Shown one piece after another: positions 8,613 through 16,571 of a stretch of DNA of 31,285 bases. The DNA comes from Geobacterales bacterium (GTDB taxonomy: Bacteria > Desulfobacterota > Desulfuromonadia > Geobacterales > Pseudopelobacteraceae): assembly GCA_041737975.1 (NCBI GenBank), contig JBGSQR010000500.1, positions 1 through 31,285 on the forward strand, in the 5' to 3' direction. The notes beneath the pieces are model-generated. The model saw only the letters and a program-made list of their open reading frames with translations. It did not search any database and was not told the DNA's origin. Every line of letters begins with the position of its first letter. Positions within the stretch are counted from its first letter, which is position 1. The translations under genes and the position numbers were made by a program.

Positions 8613-8677
8613 GTACAACGTGGTGGGGGCGCACCGGCGAAGCACAGCGAAGGCCGTGTGCCGCCGCCTAGTTGGGC
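8613..8677 (-). repeat. attC site (65 bp)
   Basis: Minus strand GCCCAAC...GTTGTAC; interior 42/51 identical to 9941-10005. Confidence 0.9.
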
Positions 8678-8720
8678 ATTGCAATTTCTCATGTCTGGGT
8701 AGCCACTTTCGACTCTTCCC

Positions 8721-9908
8721 TTATCGTCCGGAGCAGCCAGGAAGCCACTTTGAGAGCAATTCGTTCATTTTAATTTGGTCGGTTGCCAGGTCAATAGCCG
8801 GTGATGCTGTTTTCGAAGCTGTAAGTCGATGACAGAGTACATCCACTTTATTTCCAACATATGTAATATACTCAATAGAGATTTCATTCGCTTTCTCATT
8901 GTAGCCAACAATTCTATTTGCCTCTGGAATTGCTGTATCATTTAATATAACTTCGGCTATTAAATTGCCGTTTCGAGAGAACTTCTGAATTGAAATATCA
9001 TTCTTCCATGAAAAGCTGTTTCGACCAATTAACCAAATAGCGTTTTCAGAGCAAACCATACGATCAGGATCAGCCATTGCGATAGCTTGACAACGATTTC
9101 CATCTTCAGCATCAAAGAGGATTGCCGTTCCGCTCAGTTCTATTGAACCGTTGCTAGCTTTTTTGGAAATAGAATTAAATTCCATCTTGTCTTCGCAATT
9201 ATACTGCCTTTTCCAAGTGATTGTTTCGTTAGGGTATACATTCGCCAGTATCTTGGGTGGTAAGGTTTTAGAAGTAACAAGATGTTCGACCGACGGTGGT
9301 TTATTATTTTGGCATGGTTGAGGGGCTGCTGGGTTGAAATTGCCTTGTGGAATAAAGGTTTGATCAATAAGCGACTTTTCTGTTATGCCATCCGGGCAGT
9401 GTTTGCCATGGAATACTTCATCACCCTCCCTGAAATATTGAATCATTTCGCTGAGACGTTTTTTATCGGAAATACGCTCAATCCAAGTTATGTACTTATA
9501 GACTGAAACATCTTGTAGCTTCCAAAAGTCGGAGCGTCTCTTTATTACATAATCATTAAGTATGATGCGGCTATGGTCTTTAGAAGACAAATCCTCTTCT
9601 CTTGGGGTTGCAAATTGCCCTCTCTGGAGTGATATACTTTCAAAAACGCGTATACCACCATCTTCTTTACACATTGGGGCAATTTCTTTGTCCGCAAGCT
9701 TTCTTTTACTTTGCATTATATGAATTGGCACTATCATAAGCCCGTATAAAACGACTCCAGCCATAAGCACTCTGATACCCCATTTGTTTATTTGAATGCG
9801 TATAGGGTTCAAGTTCTGTGACTGTTGAGTTCTAGAATCAATTATGAAAAGTGAGTAAATTATGTAGGCACCAATTAGCAAAAATATTATGCTTACTAAC
9901 GTAGTCAT
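8721..9908 (-). CDS. Cassette-encoded membrane-anchored protein with large Cys-containing extracytoplasmic region
   Basis: 395 aa; two N-terminal hydrophobic segments; AAAGGT RBS after GTTGGAC core. Confidence 0.8.
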   Translation of the reverse strand: MTTLVSIIFLLIGAYIIYSLFIIDSRTQQSQNLNPIRIQINKWGIRVLMAGVVLYGLMIVPIHIMQSKRKLADKEIAPMCKEDGGIRVFESISLQRGQFATPREEDLSSKDHSRIILNDYVIKRRSDFWKLQDVSVYKYITWIERISDKKRLSEMIQYFREGDEVFHGKHCPDGITEKSLIDQTFIPQGNFNPAAPQPCQNNKPPSVEHLVTSKTLPPKILANVYPNETITWKRQYNCEDKMEFNSISKKASNGSIELSGTAILFDAEDGNRCQAIAMADPDRMVCSENAIWLIGRNSFSWKNDISIQKFSRNGNLIAEVILNDTAIPEANRIVGYNEKANEISIEYITYVGNKVDVLCHRLTASKTASPAIDLATDQIKMNELLSKWLPGCSGR

Positions 9909-9940
9909 AAACTACCTTTCTGTGATGTTATAGCTTGATC

Positions 9941-10005
9941 GTCCAACGTGGCCGGGGCGCACCGGCGGAGCGGAGCGAAGACCGTGTGCCGCCTCGTGGT
10001 TAGAT
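9941..10005 (-). repeat. attC site (65 bp)
   Basis: Minus strand ATCTAAC...GTTGGAC; the TAA of the upstream gene lies inside R'', a common cassette trait. Confidence 0.92.
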
Positions 10006-10578
10006 ATGATTTTTCTCGAAAACCCATGCCACCAGGAAAAAGATCAATAGTCCAGCGTAGGTTATGCTATTGCATATCCAGTTTAGTTTTTCTGGGGTCA
10101 TCCTGCCTGTAAATTCTCGGTTTTTCCATCTCTTGCTCAAAACTTTGGTTTCATACCGCACCGTCAGAAAAAATGTCATCAGCAACCAGAATCCAGTCAT
10201 ACCAATTGAGAGTTTCGGGTACTTGATCCCCTCATAAACCCACGTACCAAGGGCTAGTAAAACATCTCCGACACCCCAAGGGATGAAAAGCCCAAACCAA
10301 GAAATGAGCCCTATCGCGAATGGGAAGCCGAAGCCCACGACAATTGTGGAGAGTATGTTAGTAACCAGAGAGTCCCAAAAGGCCAAGTCTCTTGGAACTC
10401 CCGCGAGTCGTACATACAGAAACCACTCAATAAGGATGATAAGGATACTTCCATAGAGAAATGCAAGGAAGTTGAAGATAAGAAGGAGCGGCCCTCCGCC
10501 GTCTGCGAATCCTATGGAGGGAGTCAGGACCACCAACGCTATGATACTAGAAAACATCCATTTTTTGTTTTTCATCAT
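10000..10578 (-). CDS. First cassette: polytopic membrane protein with signal peptide
   Basis: Start corrected to ATG 10578, 15 nt after the GTTAGAT core; signal peptide ending GFA plus about four hydrophobic segments. Confidence 0.8.
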   Translation of the reverse strand: MMKNKKWMFSSIIALVVLTPSIGFADGGGPLLLIFNFLAFLYGSILIILIEWFLYVRLAGVPRDLAFWDSLVTNILSTIVVGFGFPFAIGLISWFGLFIPWGVGDVLLALGTWVYEGIKYPKLSIGMTGFWLLMTFFLTVRYETKVLSKRWKNREFTGRMTPEKLNWICNSITYAGLLIFFLVAWVFEKNHI

Positions 10579-10593
10579 TGGCCTTTTTTCAGT

Positions 10594-10671
10594 ATCTAAC
10601 TCGTTATTGAGCGGTATCCGTATATAAGTGACTTGTGACTTATATAGGTGAACTGTATCGTATATAAGTGA
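10594..10671 (-). other. Candidate attI site with accessory direct repeats
   Basis: Minus strand GCTCAAT-AACGA-GTTAGAT (L box, 5 bp, R box); GTTAGAT is the exact complement of the first cassette R''; no attC palindrome upstream; TATATA(A/G)GTGA at 10621, 10641, 10661. Confidence 0.7.
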
Positions 10672-10842
10672 TCTTGAAGTCACCGATATAAGCTGCTTCT
10701 TTCTTTATCTATCGCCAAAGCCGGTAACAGGTATAGGTGACTTTTACTCCGTATAGCTGTTCTACCGATTAGGTCTGCCCGCACTAACATGCTGCCTCCA
10801 CCATCGAAACCTCTCAGAAAACCAATCAAATAAACCATTGGA

Positions 10843-10871
10843 ACTATACGAGATGTTTTAGAGGCTGTAAA
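10843..10871 (-). promoter_or_regulatory. Candidate Pc cassette promoter (sigma70)
   Basis: TTTACA-17 bp-TATAGT with AT-rich upstream tract, pointing at attI about 245 bp away. Confidence 0.6.
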
Positions 10872-10973
10872 TTAAAATTAACTTCAGAGAAGGAGTTTTA
10901 TTGATAATATTTTATGCGGCGAAGTGATGTTTTTTGAGCGAGGACTCTATGATTAGTTTTTACAATCTATTTG

Positions 10974-11891
10974 TTAATCAGCTGCAAGCGCCTCATTAAT
11001 ACAGAACTCAACACAAAGCCCGCAGGCGGTGCAGTTGACGGCATCAAATTCAAATGGTGGCTGGGATTCATCGTAGTTTTCCAGCAAGGCACCGGTGGGG
11101 CAAACTTTTGTACAGGCCCGGCAGCCGTCGCAACTTTCTCCTCGTAACAAGCTACCGGCAAAAACCGCAATTAGCCGCTTTTGTTCTTCCTCCGGCTGCT
11201 TTCCCAAAACCGTTTTCAGCAAGGCTCGTCCTAACGTCAGCTGCTTCTCCGCATATACCTTGTTTTCCGGGTCTTGAACTGTTTTGGGTGATAGCAAGGT
11301 GGCCGCCTCGCTGACAATCGATCTGGTCAGGGAACGAAAAAATCCGCGCCGGTCACAGGTTTCCCCATGAAAGATCAACTGTTCCGGTGACTCGACCAAC
11401 TGGATTTTGCTGCTGATCGGCAGCTGACTACGCGCCTCGACTGTGGCCAGCTTTTCCTTGATTTTTTTTATTCTGTCATTATTTGCGCAGGCACTGCAAC
11501 CGGTCAGATTAAGGCTGATACCGGGCGTTTCGGCCAGAAACAGGGCCATTAAAATCTCTTCCGAGATGAAGGCCAGGCATGGTGTTTTCAGATGTGAATC
11601 CTGAGTGGCCTTTTGGCAGGCGATAACAATGGCGGTCTGTTGCTGCAGGACTTTCAAGAATGACGACAAGACAATATCCGGACTCAAGGCTCCGCTGGGA
11701 CAGGCCGCAGAACAGAGCTGGCAGCCAGTACAGAGATAACTGTCCAGGACCAAACCGCCGTCAAAACTTAACGCATTATTCGGACAGACATCCAGACACC
11801 GGCGACAACTGCTGGCGCTGAATCTCATCCTCAGACAACTTGACTGGGAGACCTTTGGCAGGGGCATTTTATTTCGAGAGTCTTTTTTCAT
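10974..11891 (-). CDS. Poly-4Fe-4S ferredoxin-type protein, last gene of the arr operon
   Basis: CRRCLDVCP, CTGCQLCSAACP, CDGCRACTKVCP, CTACGLCVEFC motifs; 4-bp overlap with arrD. Confidence 0.85.
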   Translation of the reverse strand: MKKDSRNKMPLPKVSQSSCLRMRFSASSCRRCLDVCPNNALSFDGGLVLDSYLCTGCQLCSAACPSGALSPDIVLSSFLKVLQQQTAIVIACQKATQDSHLKTPCLAFISEEILMALFLAETPGISLNLTGCSACANNDRIKKIKEKLATVEARSQLPISSKIQLVESPEQLIFHGETCDRRGFFRSLTRSIVSEAATLLSPKTVQDPENKVYAEKQLTLGRALLKTVLGKQPEEEQKRLIAVFAGSLLRGESCDGCRACTKVCPTGALLENYDESQPPFEFDAVNCTACGLCVEFCINEALAAD

Positions 11892-12514
11892 TCATCCTGT
11901 GTAGGTAAAGTGGTCGCAATAACAAGTTCAGTAACATCAGCCAGGGCCTGATAGAATGGACTGTCGGAATTTGCGCGCAGAGCCTCGCAGAACCTGTCAG
12001 ACCAGTGCCCCAGAAACCTTTCCCTGAAATTGACGGCCCTATCCAGCCAGAGTGAGACTTCCGCCTGATCGTCTGAAGAAGCAGCCTTTTGCAGACAGTA
12101 GGAGACAAACTCCAGTTCAACTGCGATGTGATCCGGCATTTCAGTGAATTCCGCATCCATGACCAGACCGGACTCACGGTAAAACTGCAGCACCGCCTGG
12201 GTTGACTCACCCATTACCCGCCGGTCATGCTCCAGATAAACCGAGCCGTAGGGCGGAGCCTGCAGGGACATGGGCCCCACAAACAGCCGGGCATATTCAA
12301 CTGTCAGTTCATCCATGTCAGAGCCACTCCAGGCTTCACACATTGTCCGGGCTGCCGTGGCAAGCTGTGTAGAAATACCGGTGCAAAGCAGGGTCAGATT
12401 TGATATCAGTCCGGCCTGGTTCCATTGCGGGTCAGGCTGATAGTAACATGCCGACAACAGTCGATAGGCCGCTTCTTGATCGGCAAGTTGTTTTTTTAAT
12501 TCAGAATTGGGCAT
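11888..12514 (-). CDS. arrD: TorD/DmsD-family molybdoenzyme chaperone
   Basis: EYARLFVGP...APPYGSVYL...MPDHIAVELEF motifs; position in the arr operon. Confidence 0.88.
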   Translation of the reverse strand: MPNSELKKQLADQEAAYRLLSACYYQPDPQWNQAGLISNLTLLCTGISTQLATAARTMCEAWSGSDMDELTVEYARLFVGPMSLQAPPYGSVYLEHDRRVMGESTQAVLQFYRESGLVMDAEFTEMPDHIAVELEFVSYCLQKAASSDDQAEVSLWLDRAVNFRERFLGHWSDRFCEALRANSDSPFYQALADVTELVIATTLPTQDE

Positions 12515-12533
12515 ATTGACCTTTAATAAAACA

Positions 12534-12558
12534 GGCCGGGATTATATCAACCCCGGCC
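12534..12558 (-). terminator. Hairpin between arrB and arrD (internal terminator or stabiliser)
   Basis: GGCCGGG / CCCGGCC arms followed by TGTTTTATT on the minus strand. Confidence 0.45.
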
Positions 12559-12577
12559 CGGTAATCAGCTGCAATGA

Positions 12578-13348
12578 TCAGGCTTTTTTATCGCCCTTGA
12601 AGTTGCGGATATAGTAGACATTAGGGCTGGTGCCCTCCGCTTCCTTGAGACGCATGCCTTTGTATTTCTTGAGCAGCTTGGCCGGTTCACTGGCCGGATC
12701 ATTCAAGTCACCGAAGATGCGTGCCTGTGACGGACAGGCTTCAACGCAATAAGGCATTAAACCCTGCTTGACCCTGTGATCACAGAAAATACATTTTTCT
12801 ACCACGCCTTTTCTACGGATGCTTCCATAATCAGGGTGGCTGTGCTTGTTCTGATATGGCGGCGCAGCCCCGGCCAGCCTGGAAACTTCTGCGCCGGAGG
12901 CGGTACAACCCTTTATCAACTCTGTAGAATCACGATAAAAGGCATGCGGCTCTGCACCGGAAGCGTTGTAACTGATAACGCTGTAGGCGGCCTTTTGCTT
13001 ATCCACATCCGTGGCGCTGTAGGGGCACTCCTTCTGACAGCGACGACAGCCGATGCAGCGGGCTTCATTGTGCATAGTGATGCCATCCGCAGTTTTAAAC
13101 ATCGCCTTGGGGGTCACCGGGCAGGCGTCAACACAGGGCGCATCACTGCAATGATTGCAGAGTACCGGCATGGCAGTAAAGGCTATCTCAGGGAACTGAC
13201 CCTCTTCTTTGTAGATAAAGTCAGCCCAGTTATAGGTCTGCCCTTTGTCTGCAGCCTGAGTATTATTTTCGGTTTTGCAGGCAAAGGCACAGGCACCGCA
13301 GCCGACACATTTCTGAAGATCTATGACCATTCCGTATTTTTTTGGCAT
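12578..13348 (-). CDS. arrB: Respiratory arsenate reductase Fe-S subunit
   Basis: YGMVIDLQKCVGCGACAFAC, CNHCSDAPCVDACP, CIGCRRCQKECPY, KCIFC...CVEACP; directly downstream of arrA. Confidence 0.92.
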   Translation of the reverse strand: MPKKYGMVIDLQKCVGCGACAFACKTENNTQAADKGQTYNWADFIYKEEGQFPEIAFTAMPVLCNHCSDAPCVDACPVTPKAMFKTADGITMHNEARCIGCRRCQKECPYSATDVDKQKAAYSVISYNASGAEPHAFYRDSTELIKGCTASGAEVSRLAGAAPPYQNKHSHPDYGSIRRKGVVEKCIFCDHRVKQGLMPYCVEACPSQARIFGDLNDPASEPAKLLKKYKGMRLKEAEGTSPNVYYIRNFKGDKKA

Positions 13349-13367
13349 TTAAGTTATCCCCCCTTTC

Positions 13368-15935
13368 CTAAACCTTCTCGATCTTGACGCCGGTGAAACC
13401 GCCGTTACGCGCCGTGGCGCCGCTGAGACGATCATAATCGTCAACCAGGATCTCATTGTTATTGCCGCCGCGCGGAGCTGCCTTGGCGTAGTCTTTGGCT
13501 GCAACCCTGCCGTAGGCCCAATGTCCCTGACCGTAGCATTTTGCAGCAGTTCCGGGACGAACACCTTCCCAGAGCTTGACCTTGGTAACAATCGACCCGG
13601 TAGTAGAGGAAATTCTCACGGTATCGCCGGTTTTCAGACCCAGTTTTTTACCGTCAATCGGGTTGATCTTGACCACATCTTCCCAGGGCTCATCGCCAAT
13701 ATCGACCTTTTTGAACTCCTGGTACCAGGTCAGGTTGGCACTGCGGCCTTCGCGATTCAGACGGGATTTGTAATCGATAAAGGTAAATGGATATTCTTTT
13801 TCGCTGCCGTGACGCTTGGGTGATTCGTAATGCGGTACAAAGGCCAGCTCGCCTTTGGCTTCGTAACCACTGACCTTTAGAATATCATCCACCGTGGTGT
13901 TATGCTTCTTGGCGTGTTCTTCCAGCGCCTTCTTCATTGTCAGGCTGTAGAACTCAAATTTCTTGGATTCTGTTTTGAACTTGCCCTCGAACTTCTTGGT
14001 TTCAGGATTATCCTTGCCCCAGTTTTTCTTGTAGGCATAGGTCTCCGAATTATAGATCCCTTTCTTGCGGAATTCGGCCCAACTGGACAGCTTGTCGCCC
14101 TTCAGTTTTTCCTTGCCGTTCCAGACCTTCTGAGAAGAGATCCTGGCGGCAATTTCCGTAAATTCGGCAGCATTGGCAGGCTTCTTCTTTGTCTCCGGAT
14201 CCTCGAATGAGGCGTAGTAGTCATACAGATTGGCAAATCCACGGGCCTTTAATTTTTCAGCCAGCAGCCACATCACCTCTACCTCTTCAGACTTCACATC
14301 CCAAAGTTTTTTGCCGACCGGCTGCTGTATTGACATATGCCCGTGCAGGTTGGCCATGTTGGAGATGATGGATAACTTCTCCGTCGGCGCGAAAGTGGCT
14401 GGCAATACGATATCGGCAAACTGGGTCATCTCCGAGGCATTGGTGACCATGTGGACAAAGAAGGGGATCTTTGCCATTGCTTTGTCCCAGCGCTGGGCGC
14501 CGGTACAGGAGAAGTTGAAGTTGCTCCAACTGCTGATGAATACTTTGATGGCTCCCGGATTTTTCAGCAATCCATTGGCAACATTGTTGGTAACAACGCC
14601 GCTGCCCGGTTTGCCGCCCATCATGGCCGGCATGTCCTTGGCGCCGCGTCCGTCGAGTTTTTTGCCCTTGCCGGATTTCTTGGCCAGCTCATCCAGAAAA
14701 TTATCCTTGATTTCTGGAAACTTGGTGGTCGGGACGCTGGAACTCTGGAATACGCCACCCGGTGTTTCGATGGAGCCCAGCAGTCCGTTCAACGCATATA
14801 CCGCCATGGAAGCATAGGTACCGCGCGGGCTCATGCCCACACCCGGCCCCATCCAGACTGCGCAGGCGCTGCCGGCCTTACCCATGCTGCGGGCAACACG
14901 AATGATCTGCTCCTCCGGAATCAGGGTTTTACCCTCTGCCCAGGCCGGTGTTTTATCCTTAATCTCCAGGTTCCACCACTTGATTACGCCGTGGGTCTGC
15001 TTCTCCACAAAAGCGGCTTCATCAACGGTTTGTCCGGTTTTGAACAGATTTTTGCCTTCCTTGAAATCGCCGACAAAATCTCTGCTCCACATGCCTTCGG
15101 TCATGATCACATGGGCAATGGCCGCTGCCAGGGCACCGTCTTCACCCGGCTTAATCGGCAGCCATTCATGGGCCTTGGCTGCTGAGGCGTTAAAACGCGG
15201 ATCAACGGCAATGACTGTCCCCTGGTCAATCACATTACTGAACTTGGCGATGGCATTCGGCACCTGGCGGTTGGAGGAAAGCGGATCACAGCCCCATATA
15301 ACCAGGCATTTTGTCTTGGCCAGGTCGTAGTCGCGATATCCGAAGAAACCCTGGGTATAGCCCGGCCCCATCTTCTCGGCTTCGGCACAGATGGCACTGT
15401 GTGAAAAGTAGTTTGGTGTGCCGAATATTTTTGGGAGGGTTCCATAGAGCAAATCAGTGGCAGTCGATGAGTAGCGTCCACGCATGTACATCAGCTTTTC
15501 CGGCTCATTGGCCTTGCGCAGCTCCATCATTTTATCGGCAACCATGTCCAGCGCCTCGTCCCAGGATATGGGCACAAACTTGGGATCGATGCCGCGCCCT
15601 TTGAGAGGATTGGTTCGCTTCATCGGCACTTTGATGCGGTCAGGATCATAGGCCTGCTGGATCATCAGGTGTCCGCGCGGACAACAGTAGCCTCCGTTTG
15701 CTTTGGAAAGCTGGTTACCGCGAACTTTAACCACCCGGCCTTCCTGCACCAGGAATTCTACCGGGCACCAGGCGGTACAGCCCTGGCAGGTCGATGGAAT
15801 CCAACTACCAGCCGGCGAGGTCTGGTTTGCAACCGCCTTATCAGCTGCAAAGGCATTCAGCCTGGGCAGGCCGACTGTTGCCATGGCACCAACAGCAGCA
15901 GTAACTTTCAGAAAATCTCTGCGTTTGATCTTCAT
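13368..15935 (-). CDS. arrA: Respiratory arsenate reductase molybdopterin catalytic subunit
   Basis: Tat signal KRRDFLK; CQGCTAWC...CPRG Fe-S motif; RGRY and SHSAICAE motifs characteristic of ArrA. Confidence 0.96.
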   Translation of the reverse strand: MKIKRRDFLKVTAAVGAMATVGLPRLNAFAADKAVANQTSPAGSWIPSTCQGCTAWCPVEFLVQEGRVVKVRGNQLSKANGGYCCPRGHLMIQQAYDPDRIKVPMKRTNPLKGRGIDPKFVPISWDEALDMVADKMMELRKANEPEKLMYMRGRYSSTATDLLYGTLPKIFGTPNYFSHSAICAEAEKMGPGYTQGFFGYRDYDLAKTKCLVIWGCDPLSSNRQVPNAIAKFSNVIDQGTVIAVDPRFNASAAKAHEWLPIKPGEDGALAAAIAHVIMTEGMWSRDFVGDFKEGKNLFKTGQTVDEAAFVEKQTHGVIKWWNLEIKDKTPAWAEGKTLIPEEQIIRVARSMGKAGSACAVWMGPGVGMSPRGTYASMAVYALNGLLGSIETPGGVFQSSSVPTTKFPEIKDNFLDELAKKSGKGKKLDGRGAKDMPAMMGGKPGSGVVTNNVANGLLKNPGAIKVFISSWSNFNFSCTGAQRWDKAMAKIPFFVHMVTNASEMTQFADIVLPATFAPTEKLSIISNMANLHGHMSIQQPVGKKLWDVKSEEVEVMWLLAEKLKARGFANLYDYYASFEDPETKKKPANAAEFTEIAARISSQKVWNGKEKLKGDKLSSWAEFRKKGIYNSETYAYKKNWGKDNPETKKFEGKFKTESKKFEFYSLTMKKALEEHAKKHNTTVDDILKVSGYEAKGELAFVPHYESPKRHGSEKEYPFTFIDYKSRLNREGRSANLTWYQEFKKVDIGDEPWEDVVKINPIDGKKLGLKTGDTVRISSTTGSIVTKVKLWEGVRPGTAAKCYGQGHWAYGRVAAKDYAKAAPRGGNNNEILVDDYDRLSGATARNGGFTGVKIEKV

Positions 15936-16016
15936 TCCGTTTCCCTCCTTACCTTTTGTGATACCGAGAAAACAACCATTGTTAAAAGATGTTTGAATTA
16001 TTAAACCAGCGTTCTA

Positions 16017-16047
16017 ATCTATATATCCGCTTTTCAGGATAAATCAA
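16017..16047 (-). promoter_or_regulatory. Degenerate copy of the acr3 operator upstream of arrA
   Basis: Minus strand TTGATTTATCCTG-AAAA-GCGGATATATAGAT versus TTGAATGTATCCGC-CAAA-GCGGATACATTCAA at 20293-20324. Confidence 0.6.
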
Positions 16048-16166
16048 GGGTTTAATAAAGTATTTCAGTCAACATTTTTTTGAGTTTATCCCACTAACCG
16101 CACCACCTATTTAGTACCTCAGAGGTATACTTATGATATTGCGAAGAAAATATTCAATTAGAACGC

Positions 16167-16211
16167 TTGACAACGGCCAGCACCAAGACTATATGATTAT
16201 ATAATCATATA
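16167..16211 (+). promoter_or_regulatory. Promoter of first arsR with a perfect 22-bp palindromic operator
   Basis: TTGACA at 16167-16172; TATATGATTATATAATCATATA at 16190-16211 covers the -10 region. Confidence 0.75.
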
Positions 16212-16228
16212 TGCATTGGAGTCATGCT

Positions 16229-16543
16229 ATGAGTTCAGCAACACAATATCTGGCCGACGTACTCAAGTCACTTGCCCAACCGACCCGCCTCAAAATACTT
16301 GATCTGCTGCGCGATGGCGAACGCTGTGTCTGCGAAATATTTCCGGCTATTGACGAGGAGCAATCCAACACTTCGCGCCATCTGGCCTATATGCAGACCC
16401 ACGGCATCCTGTCGCGCCGCAAGGACGGGGTCAAGATCTACTATGCCGTCAAATATCCCGAAATTTTCCGGATGATCGATCTGGCGGCCAGCATTGCCAA
16501 ACAGGAACTGGATCACCGCATGGAACAGATGAAGGGCAATTAG
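16229..16543 (+). CDS. arsR: ArsR/SmtB family repressor (copy 1)
   Basis: GGAG RBS before ATG 16229; LKSLAQPTRLKIL, ERCVCEI metal site, SNTSRHL helix. Confidence 0.88.
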   Translation: MSSATQYLADVLKSLAQPTRLKILDLLRDGERCVCEIFPAIDEEQSNTSRHLAYMQTHGILSRRKDGVKIYYAVKYPEIFRMIDLAASIAKQELDHRMEQMKGN

Positions 16544-16571
16544 CAGTCAATTTCATCCCAAAGGAGAAACT

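Larger units (their letters stand above)
4494..10871 (-). mobile_element. Integron cassette array lacking an adjacent integrase (CALIN-like, retaining candidate attI and Pc)
   Basis: Co-oriented, AT-richer single ORFs separated by GC-rich 58-75 bp imperfect palindromes bounded by RYYYAAC...GTTRRRY-type cores; each ORF starts a few to ~40 nt after a GTT core. No tyrosine recombinase ORF in the window. Confidence 0.92.

Noticed and set aside
6171-10005. Recurring GC-rich repeats read as a CRISPR array
   Set aside because: Spacers are 130-1300 bp and gene-containing, repeats vary in length and carry attC cores; no cas genes.
10600-10780. LexA box for SOS control of the integron
   Set aside because: No CTGT-N8-ACAG or GGTT-N7/8-ACC-type match found by eye.
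10742-10973. Possible intI 5' remnant on the plus strand (MLPPPSKPLRKPIK*, ...IRDVLEAVN*)
   Set aside because: Short stop-interrupted frames with only vague likeness to IntI N-termini; no HYS/RTE motif. A tBLASTn with IntI proteins would settle it.
12776-15604. Long antisense ORFs over arrA/arrB, and similar ones over napA, permease and psd genes
   Set aside because: Shadow frames of GC-rich coding genes with no RBS or recognisable motifs.
13368-15935. ArxA (anaerobic arsenite oxidase) or polysulfide reductase instead of ArrA
   Set aside because: Has the RGRY motif of ArrA rather than the GRGW type of ArxA, plus SHSAICAE and ars context.
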